Part shown: piece after piece, positions 1 through 10,734 of the stretch
Position numbering within the stretch: position 1 is the stretch's first letter
Layout of the letters: every line of letters starts with the position of its first letter
Assembly (NCBI GenBank): GCA_038496445.1
Contig: JALMLS010000100.1
Location: forward strand, 1-64,000
Reading direction: 5' to 3'
Length of the DNA stretch: 64,000 bases
Source: Trichosphaerium sp. ATCC 40318
Taxonomy: Eukaryota > Protista > Tubulinea
The notes under the pieces: model-generated
Seen by the model: only the letters and a program-made list of their open reading frames with translations
Told to the model about the DNA's origin: nothing
Database searches by the model: none
Position numbers and translations under genes: made by a program

Positions 1-1721
1 AGAGTGTGTGCGTAAGGACTCTTGAATTTTTTAATAGGGAGCCATTTGTCGAATTGTTTGATCCATCTTTTAGAATTTAAAGAGTCAGTAACTATAATAA
101 TAGGTAACTCTTTGGGTGTGATACGAGCTGCCATTTCTATAGCTTCTAGTTCGGCCCCATTTGAGTCGTCATGAAATAAAGTATGAAATTTCAACCATTT
201 GTTTTTGTTGATTGACAACGCTATGCCACTGTATGCAACTCCATCTATAACGCTACCATTCGTTGCAATAATTGACGTACCATTGACTTTTGTAGTAATG
301 CTATTAAAAGTTGGCACACTCATGGGTTTTGCTAGTAAAGACGTTTTACGAATCAAACCTATGTATTTAATATTGTAGTTAGTATTATTAAGGAGCCTTT
401 TACACGTTTTAAAGTCTGAGGCTACTGATTCACTACCTATTGCACCTTCTTTACAGTTGAGATTATCTTTGAGAGCTGTCTTTACAAATGCCTGTGTTTG
501 AGTATTCTTTAATGATAAGAGACCAAAACCTACGTTGCTTGATTGAACTCTCTCATTATGTGCATTTGTTTGTATTTTAACTTTACGCTTTATAATTCTT
601 GTTGCTAAGTTATCCCATTTTTTTAGCCATACTTTAGGGATGTTAATGACGCTTTGTGTAAATCTAACTTTAGCTATTGTTACTTGATTAATAATCCTGA
701 CTTTTTGGGCTGTAGTAAAGTAATTAGTGTTAACTAAATTAATTACCATCTTAAATGAGCTTCCTAATTTGGTAAAATGTTCCTTAAAGTCTAGATTCAT
801 GTTAATTAGTATACCAAGGTATTTATACGTTTCATTTGGTTTTCCTATTGGGATTTGACTACCTTTCCAGTGCAATGGTTTATGGTAGATTTCTTCAGCT
901 AATTCTTCTTTGTTAGTGAGCAACGATGATTTCTCTGTGTTAATATTAATGTCATAAAAGGAGCAAAAAGAAAGAAGTAGGTCATATAGTTTATGTAAAT
1001 CCTCTAAGTTCTCCGCTAAAATCACTAAGTCGTCTGCGTAAGCAATTACTGTAACAATTTTACCATCAGCGCATTTGAAACCTAACTTACTTTCTTCCAT
1101 TTTAAGAACAAGCGAGTTAATAAAGAAATCCCAAATCATTGGTGATATGATATCTCCTTGTCTAGTACCTCTATTAATTCTAATTTCTGCTTCACTCACC
1201 TGAGTTTTAATCGTTGTCTTGATTTCTTTAAAAAGCGATACCAACACTTTTCTTATACTTTTACTGAAACCATGCCATTTGAAGATATTGTCAATAGCCC
1301 AATGTGGAATTGAATCGTACGCCTTTCTTAAATCTATAAATAACGCATATAGATCCTTACCTTTATGATTAGCTTCTCTTACCGCCGAGATAAATTTCTT
1401 ATGTGCCATATGAATTGATTTACCTTTAACAAAACCGTATTGGTTTTTACTTAACAGATTGTTATTTTTATTAGCTGATTCTAATACGTCCGTAAGTATT
1501 CTAGAATAAATTTTATACAATGAGTTGAGTAGTGATATTGGTCTAAAATTTAACGCATCTGTTGGATCACCGTTTTTTACTAGCATTATAGTGGTACTGT
1601 TTTTCCATTTCTCAGGAATAAAAGACATTTTAAAGCAATATTTCATAAGGTTAGTGAGCATGGTGATTGCTTCATTAGGAAGCGTTTTATATATTTTAGC
1701 GTCAATTTTGGAGAACCCTGG

Positions 1722-2752
1722 CAGTAGTAAAATAGAAATGGGAATTTTTAAGTAATCCACCCTGTTTTCCTATGGGAAAAGTAGACGGAAAAACTCTTCC
1801 TTAATTCCCATTGAATTTATATGAAATTCTGTAAGTATTACTCATAGAATTCTTAGAGTATTACTTTTGGAATTGCGTATGTATTTTATATAGAATTCTC
1901 TATGTATTCTTTATAGCATTTCTTAATGTATTTTTTGTAGATTTCAATAAAAAATACTTTATAAATTACACAAAATATTATTCGATACTTTGGTTCAGAT
2001 TTAATGCAAAGTCATTTTATTTATTGATCATTACAAAATACAAACATCCTAAATAATACGTACAAGTTAAATACATCGTGTCTTCATAAACGAAAGAAGT
2101 AATTTGATCACATTTGGTTTTGAGAGCCTGAACAATAATTAATGCATTTGTAAACGCTAAATTAAGAACGCGTAGGGTTTTTTGATAAATTAAGTGGAAA
2201 TAAGCTTTAAAAACAACGTACTTGGAGTTAATGCTTTAAATACATTCTTTAATGGTGTAATAAGGCTGTTGCAATGCTTTAATCATCCTAAAACAGATAA
2301 GTAAGAGATATTTATGTTTAAGTGATTTTCCAAACCACCTAAAACGCGTTTTCCATTACTTTTTGGATTAATGCACTTTAACCTGTACCATTGGTTTTTT
2401 CACCTTTAATAATAGCATGTGGATATTGTTTGCTAGAAAAACCTATGTACCTAAGGTGTCGATGGTTTTTTGCAAATATAAAACTAAACCCTAACCCTAA
2501 CTTAATTTGTACTTTCATAAACCTCAACCTAGCCCTAACCCTAACCCTAACTAAATTAGTACATTATTTGGTGGATTTTGTACAATAATTCTGAAAATTC
2601 CGTATTTAAGGGAATATTATGGTAATTCTATCAAAAATCCTGCAATAAAAAAAAATAAAAATAAGAATTCTTCACAAATTACCTTAAAAATCCCTAAAAC
2701 AAAGGAATTTAGTGGGATTTATATCCAAAATCCCGTTTTCATTTTACCACTG
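1722..2752. mobile_element. Non-autonomous TIR element A (1031 bp), 2-bp TSD GG
   Basis: Left end CAGTAGTAAAATAGAAATGGGAATTTT; right end reverse complement CAGTGGTAAAATGAAAACGGGATTTT. Flanked by GG/GG. GAATT/AATTC-rich subterminal regions. Confidence 0.9.
2480..2553 (+). repeat. Short degenerate (CCCTAA)n telomere-like tracts inside element A
   Basis: aaccctaaccctaac and gccctaaccctaaccctaac. Confidence 0.7.
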
Positions 2753-3224
2753 GGTGCTTTAAATGAAGCTATTCGTTTGGCAGCGTTTTTGAAAGTATGT
2801 TCATCAATTGCGTCTATGTCAAATTCTTTGTTGTTAGTTTTAGGTTCCATGTCAAAAGGTATAAGTTCTTCTGCGTTTTGTACCTCGCTATCTTTAAAAA
2901 CCGTACCCCATTTATGTTTAATTTCTTCATTCATTTCTTCATTTGATGCGACTTCTGTACTATCTTCTCTAGTGAATGATTGAGGGAAATCGTTAGTTTT
3001 GAGGTTTCTGAGTTTTTTGTATCTGCGAAAGAGAGATCTTGATTTACTATTGACTATTTTTTCGATCATGTTGTCAACGTGTTTGTTTCTTATTTCCTTC
3101 CTAATTTGATCTTTGACCACTTTCAGTTTTTTCATTGCTTCATTTGCGAAATCTATATATTCTTTGTTGCTTAGAGGTATAGTATCTTCAAAGCCTTTAA
3201 GTATTTTATTGACTTTGTGAAGTA

Positions 3225-4284
3225 CAGGTCTAAAAATTAAAGTGGTATATACCAGTTTTTTTATGGTATATACCACTTTTTTCAACAAAATAGTATATGA
3301 ACTGGTATATACCATTTTGAAATACCACTTTTTTTAGAAATTAAGTGAATAAAAAAGTGGTATATGGAAGTGGTATATACCACTTTTCATTCACATAATG
3401 AGACCTTCTAAAAATGGTATATAAAGTGGTATATACCACTTTTTTATGGTATGTGGTATATACCACCTTTTTATTGGTATATACCACTTTTATGGTATGC
3501 TTCAAGAAGGTCATTAAGGAGCTTTTTGGTAATGGGTTTTCTTGTTGAACGATCATAGACGTCATACATTGAACGGTGCGTAGGGACCTTAGTATATCAT
3601 AGAATCTAACCAAACCAAGCTCATTCAAACCGCAGGACCTGATTCCAGTACCAATATTAAGGAAACTATATTGCAGGTATTATACAGACGTTCGTGGGTA
3701 CCAGACAAAGTGTTATTTTATTTTCGTTTGATATACATTAACCGACCTCCGTAGGCCTTAGTAATTGATAGATTCGGGTGGGACCACTTTCATTAGGTGC
3801 GCAGCATGTTTTTACAGTAGGTACAGCAAGCTCATGGAGATGGACGAATTTTCCAGACGCCCATAGTAATGTAACTGTAGTGGACATTGTCCAAAACTTG
3901 TAACTCACAAACTGTGTATTAAATAAAGTGTATTTTCTGGAATTGCAGGTGTACCATAAGTAGGCATAAAGTGGTATATAAGAGTGGTATATACCATGAA
4001 AAACTGGTATAAAAAAGTGGTATATAACTGGTATATACCTAAAAAAAGTGGTATAAAAAAGTGGTATATTTTTTTTTTTCTGGTGAAAAAAAGTGGTATA
4101 TTTTCTGTTTTTATACCTGTTTTTTTTGGTATATTTTTGGTATATTTTGTCAATATACCTCTTTTTTTGGTATATTTCAGTCAAAATATACCACTTTTTT
4201 TGGTATATACCATGAAAAACTGGTATAAAAAAGTGGTATAAAAGTGGTATATACCAAAAAAACTGGTATATTTTTTTAGACCTG
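3225..4284. mobile_element. Non-autonomous TIR element B (1060 bp), 2-bp TSD TA
   Basis: TIR CAGGTCTAAAAA / TTTTTAGACCTG. Arrays of AAGTGGTATATACCAC-type motifs at both ends. Confidence 0.92.
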
Positions 4285-4623
4285 TAGCGCATTCTCTAAT
4301 ATCTTTTTTCCTTGTGTAATGTTGATTTTTGAACTAATAAGATACCTACCATGTTTAATTATGTTAAATAACGTTTTAGCATTGTTTAGAGAAAAGTTTT
4401 TGATGATTTTTTCTGTTAGGTTTACTCTAAGCTTGGATTTATGTCCTATTTTAGATTCGAGGTAAGTATAAAGTTTACTGGTAAATTTTTCTAAAAATAA
4501 ATTCCAATAAATATCCGCAATTTCATCGTATCCTTTGTTTAATGCTTTGTGATATATATCTATAACCTCAGGTCCGATGTGCTCCTTTAAGTTATTTCAG
4601 ACAAGTAGTTTTTTGAGGTATTT

Positions 4624-5553
4624 CAGGGCTGAAACTAAATAAGGCTTTTTTTGCAAAAGCCTTTTTTTTTGCCACCAAATACAGTCTTATTTTTCACCAA
4701 ATTGCCTTGTTTTTGCCAAAAAAAATGAGCAAATATGAGGCATTGCCTTGTAATTTTGGGCTTTGGAGCCTCATATTTGGGCCAAATAGCAAGCAACTGG
4801 TTCACTAATTAGCCTTAAAATAGCCTGCATTGTTGGTTCAATAATGCCTCATTTTTAGTGCAACAATAAGGCATTTTTGCCCTCAATTTTTGGGCATAAC
4901 CCAGGCACCATATACTCATAAAACAAGGCTTTATATAGGCATACAATAGTGATTCATTTATTAAAGTACAGTACACAAAACACAAAAAACTTCAATGTCC
5001 TCCATGTGAAAAAAAACCTTTAGCTAGAAAAAAAAATTAACAAATTATTGGTATAATTTTCGCGGACTGGAAAAATGGTTTAAAGTACCTATACTCCTGT
5101 TGTAGGTGCATTTGGGTGCTGCGGTTCGAATGGCGGTGGTTTCGTTAGAATCCATAAAATACTAAGCGAGTGGTGACGTCGTCTATATAAAACGTCAGTA
5201 GTAAATGAAAAAAAATGTTTAGGAAGTGTTGGTGTGGTGGAAACTTACCTTAAACCAATGTATCCTTAATGTACAATGTGTACACAACCAATGCCTAATT
5301 GGTGCCTGTAAATTTAAGGCTGGCAATGCATAAAAAAACTAGGGCAGGCATTGCCTAAAAAAAACAAGGCATTGCAATAATTAAGGCATTGCCCAACAAA
5401 GCCTTATTTCAATGCCTGATTTTTGCCTTTTTTGCCATTGCCTTTGCAAAATCAGGCATTGCCATTTTTGCATGCCTGATTTTTGCCATCAATGCCTGAT
5501 TTTAAAAAAATGCCTTCATATTTAAGGCAAAGCCTTGTTTAGTTTCAGCCCTG
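4624..5553. mobile_element. Non-autonomous TIR element C (930 bp), 2-bp TSD TT
   Basis: TIR CAGGGCTGAAACTAAAtAAGGC / GCCTTgTTTAGTTTCAGCCCTG. AAGGCA/TGCCT motif arrays. Confidence 0.93.
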
Positions 5554-7962
5554 TTGTTACTTACATTTCTGAGGTACAACCTTTCTATTTTGACTTCGTA
5601 TCTTTTTTCAGGTGTAAAATTATTGATTGGTACCTTTAAGTTTAGAGCTATCCGTTTATGGTCCGACTTGAGAGGTTTTTCTTCTAATATTCTAGATGAT
5701 ATCGTCTCAAATTTCATTTCTTTTCCAACCAAAAAAAAATCTATTCTAGATTTATGCTTTGTTGCTGAGTGAGTATGAGTATATTGGGGGACTGTGGATC
5801 TAAAAGGATCGAAAAGGTTTAGTTCGTCACAAAAATTTTCCAGCATTTCAGTAGACCTTGGGATATTACCTTCAGTATCTGCAACACTAGGAGGAGTGTT
5901 CCAATCACCACCCATTATTACATTGTCGTAAGGTATACCAAATCTGTCACACCAGTCAGGTATTTTGTCAGCTAAAAACTCAAAATTTTCTTGTCTTGTA
6001 ATACCGTCTTTAGGACTAATATACGTGTTTATAACTAAATAGCGCTTACCTATTTCTTCTTCTAAACCTATTGCGATTGGGAGAGCACACATTTTTGAAC
6101 AATTAATTTTTTTAATTTTTTTACTTATGGTTTTTTTAACAAAAGTTATTATTCCGCGCATAGAGATTGTTTTCCTAGATATGTCTTTCCACGTACTTGC
6201 TAATTCAGTGTCGTTCATTTTTAGTAAGTTTGACGCAAAAGAAAAATCCTCACCCCTTACCTTTTTGTATTCTGATTCTTTTCTAACTATTGTAGACAAA
6301 AGAACTTTATGGCGACTTTGTAAGTTGTCGAAAATAAAATAATTTGGTAAAATTTTTTGTAGGTCATTTTTAACGTACTTGAAGTCTTTTGTTGTTATAT
6401 GCGCTTCCTGTACAAAAAAAAAATCTGGATTATTTTCTGAGATAATTTCTATAATCTGTTTTATTTTGTTAGTAATGCAACCCGAGTACAAGTTTTGTGA
6501 GAAAAAGAAAAGGGGTTTTTTATTGACGTTATCCATCATCTTGGAAGAAATTGTAGCACGTAATCAGTGTTCGGCATAATGACTCCTAGATCTAAGGCTC
6601 TGTCCTTATCCTCAGTGGTTGCGAAAGTGACAAAAGCAAGATTTCCAAAGGCCTTGGTATCCTTGTTATGATATTTTTCAACTGTTATTACATTGAGATT
6701 CATACGTCTTCGAAGATAAGCGATAAACTTAAAAGCTCTAAAGGTAGCGAGTTGGTTGTTAATGAAACCTTTGAGAACACAGAAGTAATCTGGATCTTTG
6801 ATTCTGGTAATGGAGAATTGGTTTGCGTTACTCCAAATGAGACCATTTGTGATCGCCTTCATAAATCTACAGCTTTCTTGATAATTTGGTACCACGAGCT
6901 TTCCGTAAAGAGGTCTTCTATCTTGTTGTCTTTCTGATATGTACAATGTGTCCATAGTCATCTCTCCGGCTAGTGGATAGCACATAGTAATACCTTCACG
7001 GACGCTTTTCGCTGTTGCACCTTCTCTGATACTTCCAATCCAGAACTTACAATGTGTCGATTTAGCGTCTATATCTATACCTGCTTGTTTATCCATCTCG
7101 GCTAGTGTGGTTTTCATAACGTAAACTGGTTCGTTTGCGATCTTTCTCACAAAATTGTATGTTTCTTCATTGGCAACAGAGAAGAACAAGTTGTCACCGA
7201 TCCATTGAATAGATCCTTCGTTAATCATCGACGTAAACCAAAATCTTTGACTGTGTGGGAGGTTGCTACGTTCTTCTAGAGTGGATGGACCAGGGTGATC
7301 AAGTTTTTTGTTGAGACCTTTGTATGGATCGAAAAGCTCATTTACCCAATTTGAGCGGTCTGCATGTGGTCCAATGCCATTGTGACGAACCCAAATACAA
7401 TTCAATTCATTTTCTGAAAGTTCATCTTCGCCGTTTGAAAAATCGATTTTTTCTACCATTGCTTTAAACTTTGGGTCCTTGCGGAGCTTAATCAAGGAGA
7501 TAGATTGTACTCTGCGTCTTCTAATCTCTTCTTCTGATATTTCGTTTGTAAGTTTTCCGCTGTTAACTTTTGTAAACCAATCACTAAGCCATTCTTTCGC
7601 TTGCAATTCATGGTCTTAAAGCGCATCTTCTGGTGTAGGGGGTATACCTCTAGTGACATCAAATGGGTTTTGAATTGGAGGAGCCGTGTTCGCAGGAGGT
7701 GCTGGAGGGACAACTGGAGGGTTTTGTATCATTTGAGCAGGGGGTGCTTGGGTAGGTGTTCTTGGTAGTTGAGTTCAGGTCTGAAAATTATCATGGTATA
7801 ATACCATATTTTATGGTATAATCACCTTTTATGGTACAAGCTCAGTATAATCCATAATTATACCATATAATTATACCATAAAATATGGTATTATACCATG
7901 TTTTTTGGACAAATGGTATAACAGCCATTATACCATGTTTATACCATATCTCGATTTATAGA

Positions 7963-8253
7963 ATATAATTATACCATAAAACATGGTATTATACCATGGT
8001 ATTATACTGCATTTTAAAGTATATTATACCATGCATTATACCATATAATTATACCATAAAACATGGTACTATACCATGGTATTATACTGCATTTTACAGT
8101 ATATTATACCATGCATTATACCATATAATTATACCATAAAACACAGTATTATACCATGGTATTATACTGTATTTTAAAGTATTGTATACCGTGCATTATA
8201 CCATATAATTATACCATAAAATGTGGTATTATACCGTGGTATTATACCATATA
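7963..8253 (+). repeat. 80-bp tandem repeat (~3.6 copies) in the left arm of element D
   Basis: ATATAATTATACCATAAA recurs at 7963, 8043, 8123 and 8203. Confidence 0.9.
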
Positions 8254-8409
8254 AGTATAAGTTAGTCAAAGCTCACTTGGTCTGCACTTGATTTAATAGC
8301 ATATGGACCTATGCAAACGCCATACCACACAATGCTTTGACAGTAGCCGCTATTGAACATAATTGGCATATAAATGTGTGAAAAACAGTTTTAAGAGAGA
8401 AATCTGGTA

Positions 8410-8860
8410 ACGTGCCCCAATTACGGGCGTTTTAGGGATAAATTGGCCAACTTTCTCCAATTGATGGTATTTGAGGAAGAAACCACTCTGCATACCCCAT
8501 GTTAGAACGCTACAGTGGTAGACACACCAAAAACGCGTTTAGCGCTCGAAAAATGCCCATTCGCAAAAAACCTCCAATTGGAGGTTTTTTTCTCTGGCTC
8601 TCATTTTTTTCTCCCCTCCATAGGCATTTTTACACTCAATCAATGCCATACAGCCTCATTTACCAAATCAGGAGCAAAATTATTTATTTTTTTTTGACAT
8701 TCTTGATATATGCCCCAATATGTGTTAAACCGTGCAATTAGTGTTATAAGGCAAAGTTGTTTCAGAGCCTACCCATTTTTCGAGTTTTTTGGTTTTTTTT
8801 GGATTTTTTTGGATTTTTTTGGTTTTTTTCCTACTAAACGCCCGCATTTGCTGGAACAGA
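8410..8860. mobile_element. Possible small inverted-repeat element nested in D (TA-flanked)
   Basis: Inverted CGGGCGTTT/AAACGCCCG near both ends, internal inverted CTCGAAAAATG/CATTTTTCGAG, TA on both sides. The termini match poorly. Confidence 0.4.
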
Positions 8861-9883
8861 TAGCATTTAGGCTCTTCACCCATGCGTTGACCTTACGAGT
8901 GATATTGTAAACCAATTGGCTAAGCCAGGGCATAAAACTAAGTCTTGACCAGTTTATCGCCCGCACAACACAAGGTATGCTAGAAAGTAGTTGTTTTAAA
9001 GCTGTTTGCCACAGGTTTTACAGGCTTAATAGGTGATATAAAAAAAACAAAACGTGTTAGCCGCCCAACCAGGTACTATTCCGCTAGAACTCGTTTCCGA
9101 TGAGGTTGGTAGCTATTTTCATTTCTTTGTTTTAGTCTTGGTTTGGCTTCACTGTGCAGGTCATTTGTTACTCTCAGTGTTGCCATCACAACAAAACAGC
9201 AATTTTTGTACGACTATTTATTTTGTGTACAAGAAACCAAGCCGGCGCTAACTCTTCTTTTAGGTTTCATGCTATATCCATTCAATGCACTTACAACAAG
9301 TATGATCTGTTCTTTTAAGGTTATTTGATGTGTCACTGCAAAAAAGGACATGGGCAAAACTAAAGGTCACGGATGTAAACAAAAAAAAAATGTATTAATA
9401 AATGTGTTTTTATTTTTAGAACAGTTTTTACACGGTATAATACACCTGGTTTATGTGGTATAATCTACCAAGTTTTAAGGTATAATATACCAGGCTTTAT
9501 GGTATTATACTGTGCTTTATACCATGTTTTATGGTAGAATTATACCATATAATGCATTTTTTCAGGTGAAAAAATATGGTATAAATTCGCACTTTCTACT
9601 GTATATTTATGGTATAATTTGGCTGTTTCATGGTATAAATCCTTTGATTTATGGTATATTATACTGGAATTTGTGGTATAAAATTGGAATCAATGGTATA
9701 ATTATACCACAAATTCATGGTATCTACCATAAAAACAGCTCAAGAATTTTAGACCTGTTTGCGTCGTTTTTGTTTGAGCATGGGTTGGGTTGTTAGGGTT
9801 AACATTCGCTTTTAGTATGTAAGAAGAGAGACAACTACAGGATATATAATGTGAGTTTAGTGTACTTTGTTTTGAAGTTTCAT

Positions 9884-10734
9884 CAGGGCTGAAACTCAAC
9901 AAGGCATTTTTGGACAATGCCTAGGCATTTTCATCAAATAATGCCTTATTTTTTACAAAAATGCCTAGTTTTTGCCTCATTCAAAAAGGCAAATACAGGG
10001 CAATGCCTTATTTTTTGCTCCAAAAATGCCTCATATTTGATGAAAAATGCTTGCATCTGGTACACAAGATTGCAATGGTTTTGCCTGCATATTTTTAGAA
10101 ATTATGCCCTTCAAATTAGGGCATAACTCATGCATCAATGCCTTATTTTGAAGGCAAAAAGGAAGCATTATCATAGTTTACAGTGCCTAATAAACCAGGG
10201 CATTTTCAGGTAATAACACAACTTTTTATTTTATAATACAGTACACATACAATACACAAAACTTCTAAGTCCACATTTGAAAAAACCTTAAAGAAAATAT
10301 GAGATGGTGTAGAAAAAAAAAAAAAAAAACTTACCTTGTAGTGTTAGAATTCCGCGGTCCTGGAAATATAGCGGAGTTCACTCCTACTACTGTTGTAGGT
10401 GAAATAGGGTGCTGCGGTTCGTTTGGCAGTGGTTTCGTCTAATTTCATGAATTACTAAGAGCGCTAGGTGCCTATCTATATAAAACGTCAGTAGGTGATG
10501 TGAAAAAAAAAGTGTAAAAGTTGTTTGACTGTTACTTACCTTAAACCACTTCCTTAATGTGATCAGTCCCTATGATATAGTATAGGCAATGCCTTATATA
10601 TGAATTAAAATACAAGGCATACATTGCTTAAAAAAATAAGGCATAATAAAGGCATAAAATACTTGCAATACAGAAATACAAGGCAATACAAGGATTACCT
10701 GATTTTATGCAATGCCAAAAGATGTAAAAATGCC
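9884..10734. mobile_element. Element E, diverged relative of C, right TIR missing
   Basis: Left end CAGGGCTGAAACTcAAcAAGGC, AAGGCA/TGCC arrays, core collinear with C. No right TIR before the AGX1-like sequence. Confidence 0.85.

Larger units (their letters stand above)
1..6539 (-). pseudogene. Retrotransposon ORF2 (endonuclease/reverse transcriptase/RNase H); segments 6539-5554, 4623-4285, 3224-2753, 1721-1
   Basis: Junction translations after insert removal: RNVSNKYLKK, ENALLHKV, KAPGFSKID. One in-frame TGA at 4597-4599. Positions 1-1721 appear open to the window edge. Confidence 0.9.
7776..9757. mobile_element. Non-autonomous TIR element D (1982 bp), 2-bp TSD TT
   Basis: TIR CAGGTCTGAAAATT / AATTTTAGACCTG. 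ATGGTAT/ATACCAT motif arrays. Removal restores the ORF1 frame. Confidence 0.9.
1..9883 (-). mobile_element. Non-LTR (LINE-type) retrotransposon, ORF1 + ORF2 (APE-RT-RNase H), interrupted by four DNA-element insertions; runs off the left window edge
   Basis: APE motifs (VQE, GGDWN, SRIDFF, SDH) at 5554-6539; KAPG, RPISLL, DLRKAYDSI, QGDIISP and YADD (~1030-1045) RT motifs; RNase H motifs near 85-270. Fragments join in frame once the inserts are removed. Confidence 0.93.
6536..9883 (-). pseudogene. Retrotransposon ORF1 (Pro/Thr/Gln-rich N-terminus, RRM-like C-terminus); segments 9883-9758 and 7775-6536
   Basis: 356-aa ORF with an RNP1-like AFVTFATTEDKDRAL. It extends upstream through one in-frame TAA (7616-7618) and across insert D (TKTTQ/TQLPRTP). 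Its stop overlaps the ORF2 start (ATGA). Confidence 0.8.

Noticed and set aside
3341-4292. ORFs rich in VVYT/WYIP/YTTF (also 9512-9796 and 9917-10126)
   Set aside because: These are translations of subterminal motif arrays, not proteins.
5183-5192. TATA box plus a short ATG-initiated ORF in the C/E core
   Set aside because: TATATAG follows a CTGAC branch point and a GTAAGT donor, so it fits a 3' splice site better. The ORF is not conserved in B.
4597-7618. Stop-codon reassignment suggested by in-frame TGA and TAA in the LINE
   Set aside because: Host genes end in TAA, TAG and TGA normally. Single substitutions explain both codons.
7963-8253. CRISPR-like array
   Set aside because: Near-identical tandem units with no unique spacers, no cas genes, and a eukaryotic context.
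1722-9757. Inserts acting as introners or precisely excised IES-like elements that restore the LINE
   Set aside because: The ends are CAG...CTG, not GT...AG. Using the GT/AG inside the B and D TIRs would leave 10 extra nt, a frameshift. The LINE also has independent nonsense codons.
1722-10734. Fanzor/TnpB locus with omega-RNA
   Set aside because: No RuvC-like ORF in the window and no evidence linking the element ends to a guide RNA.
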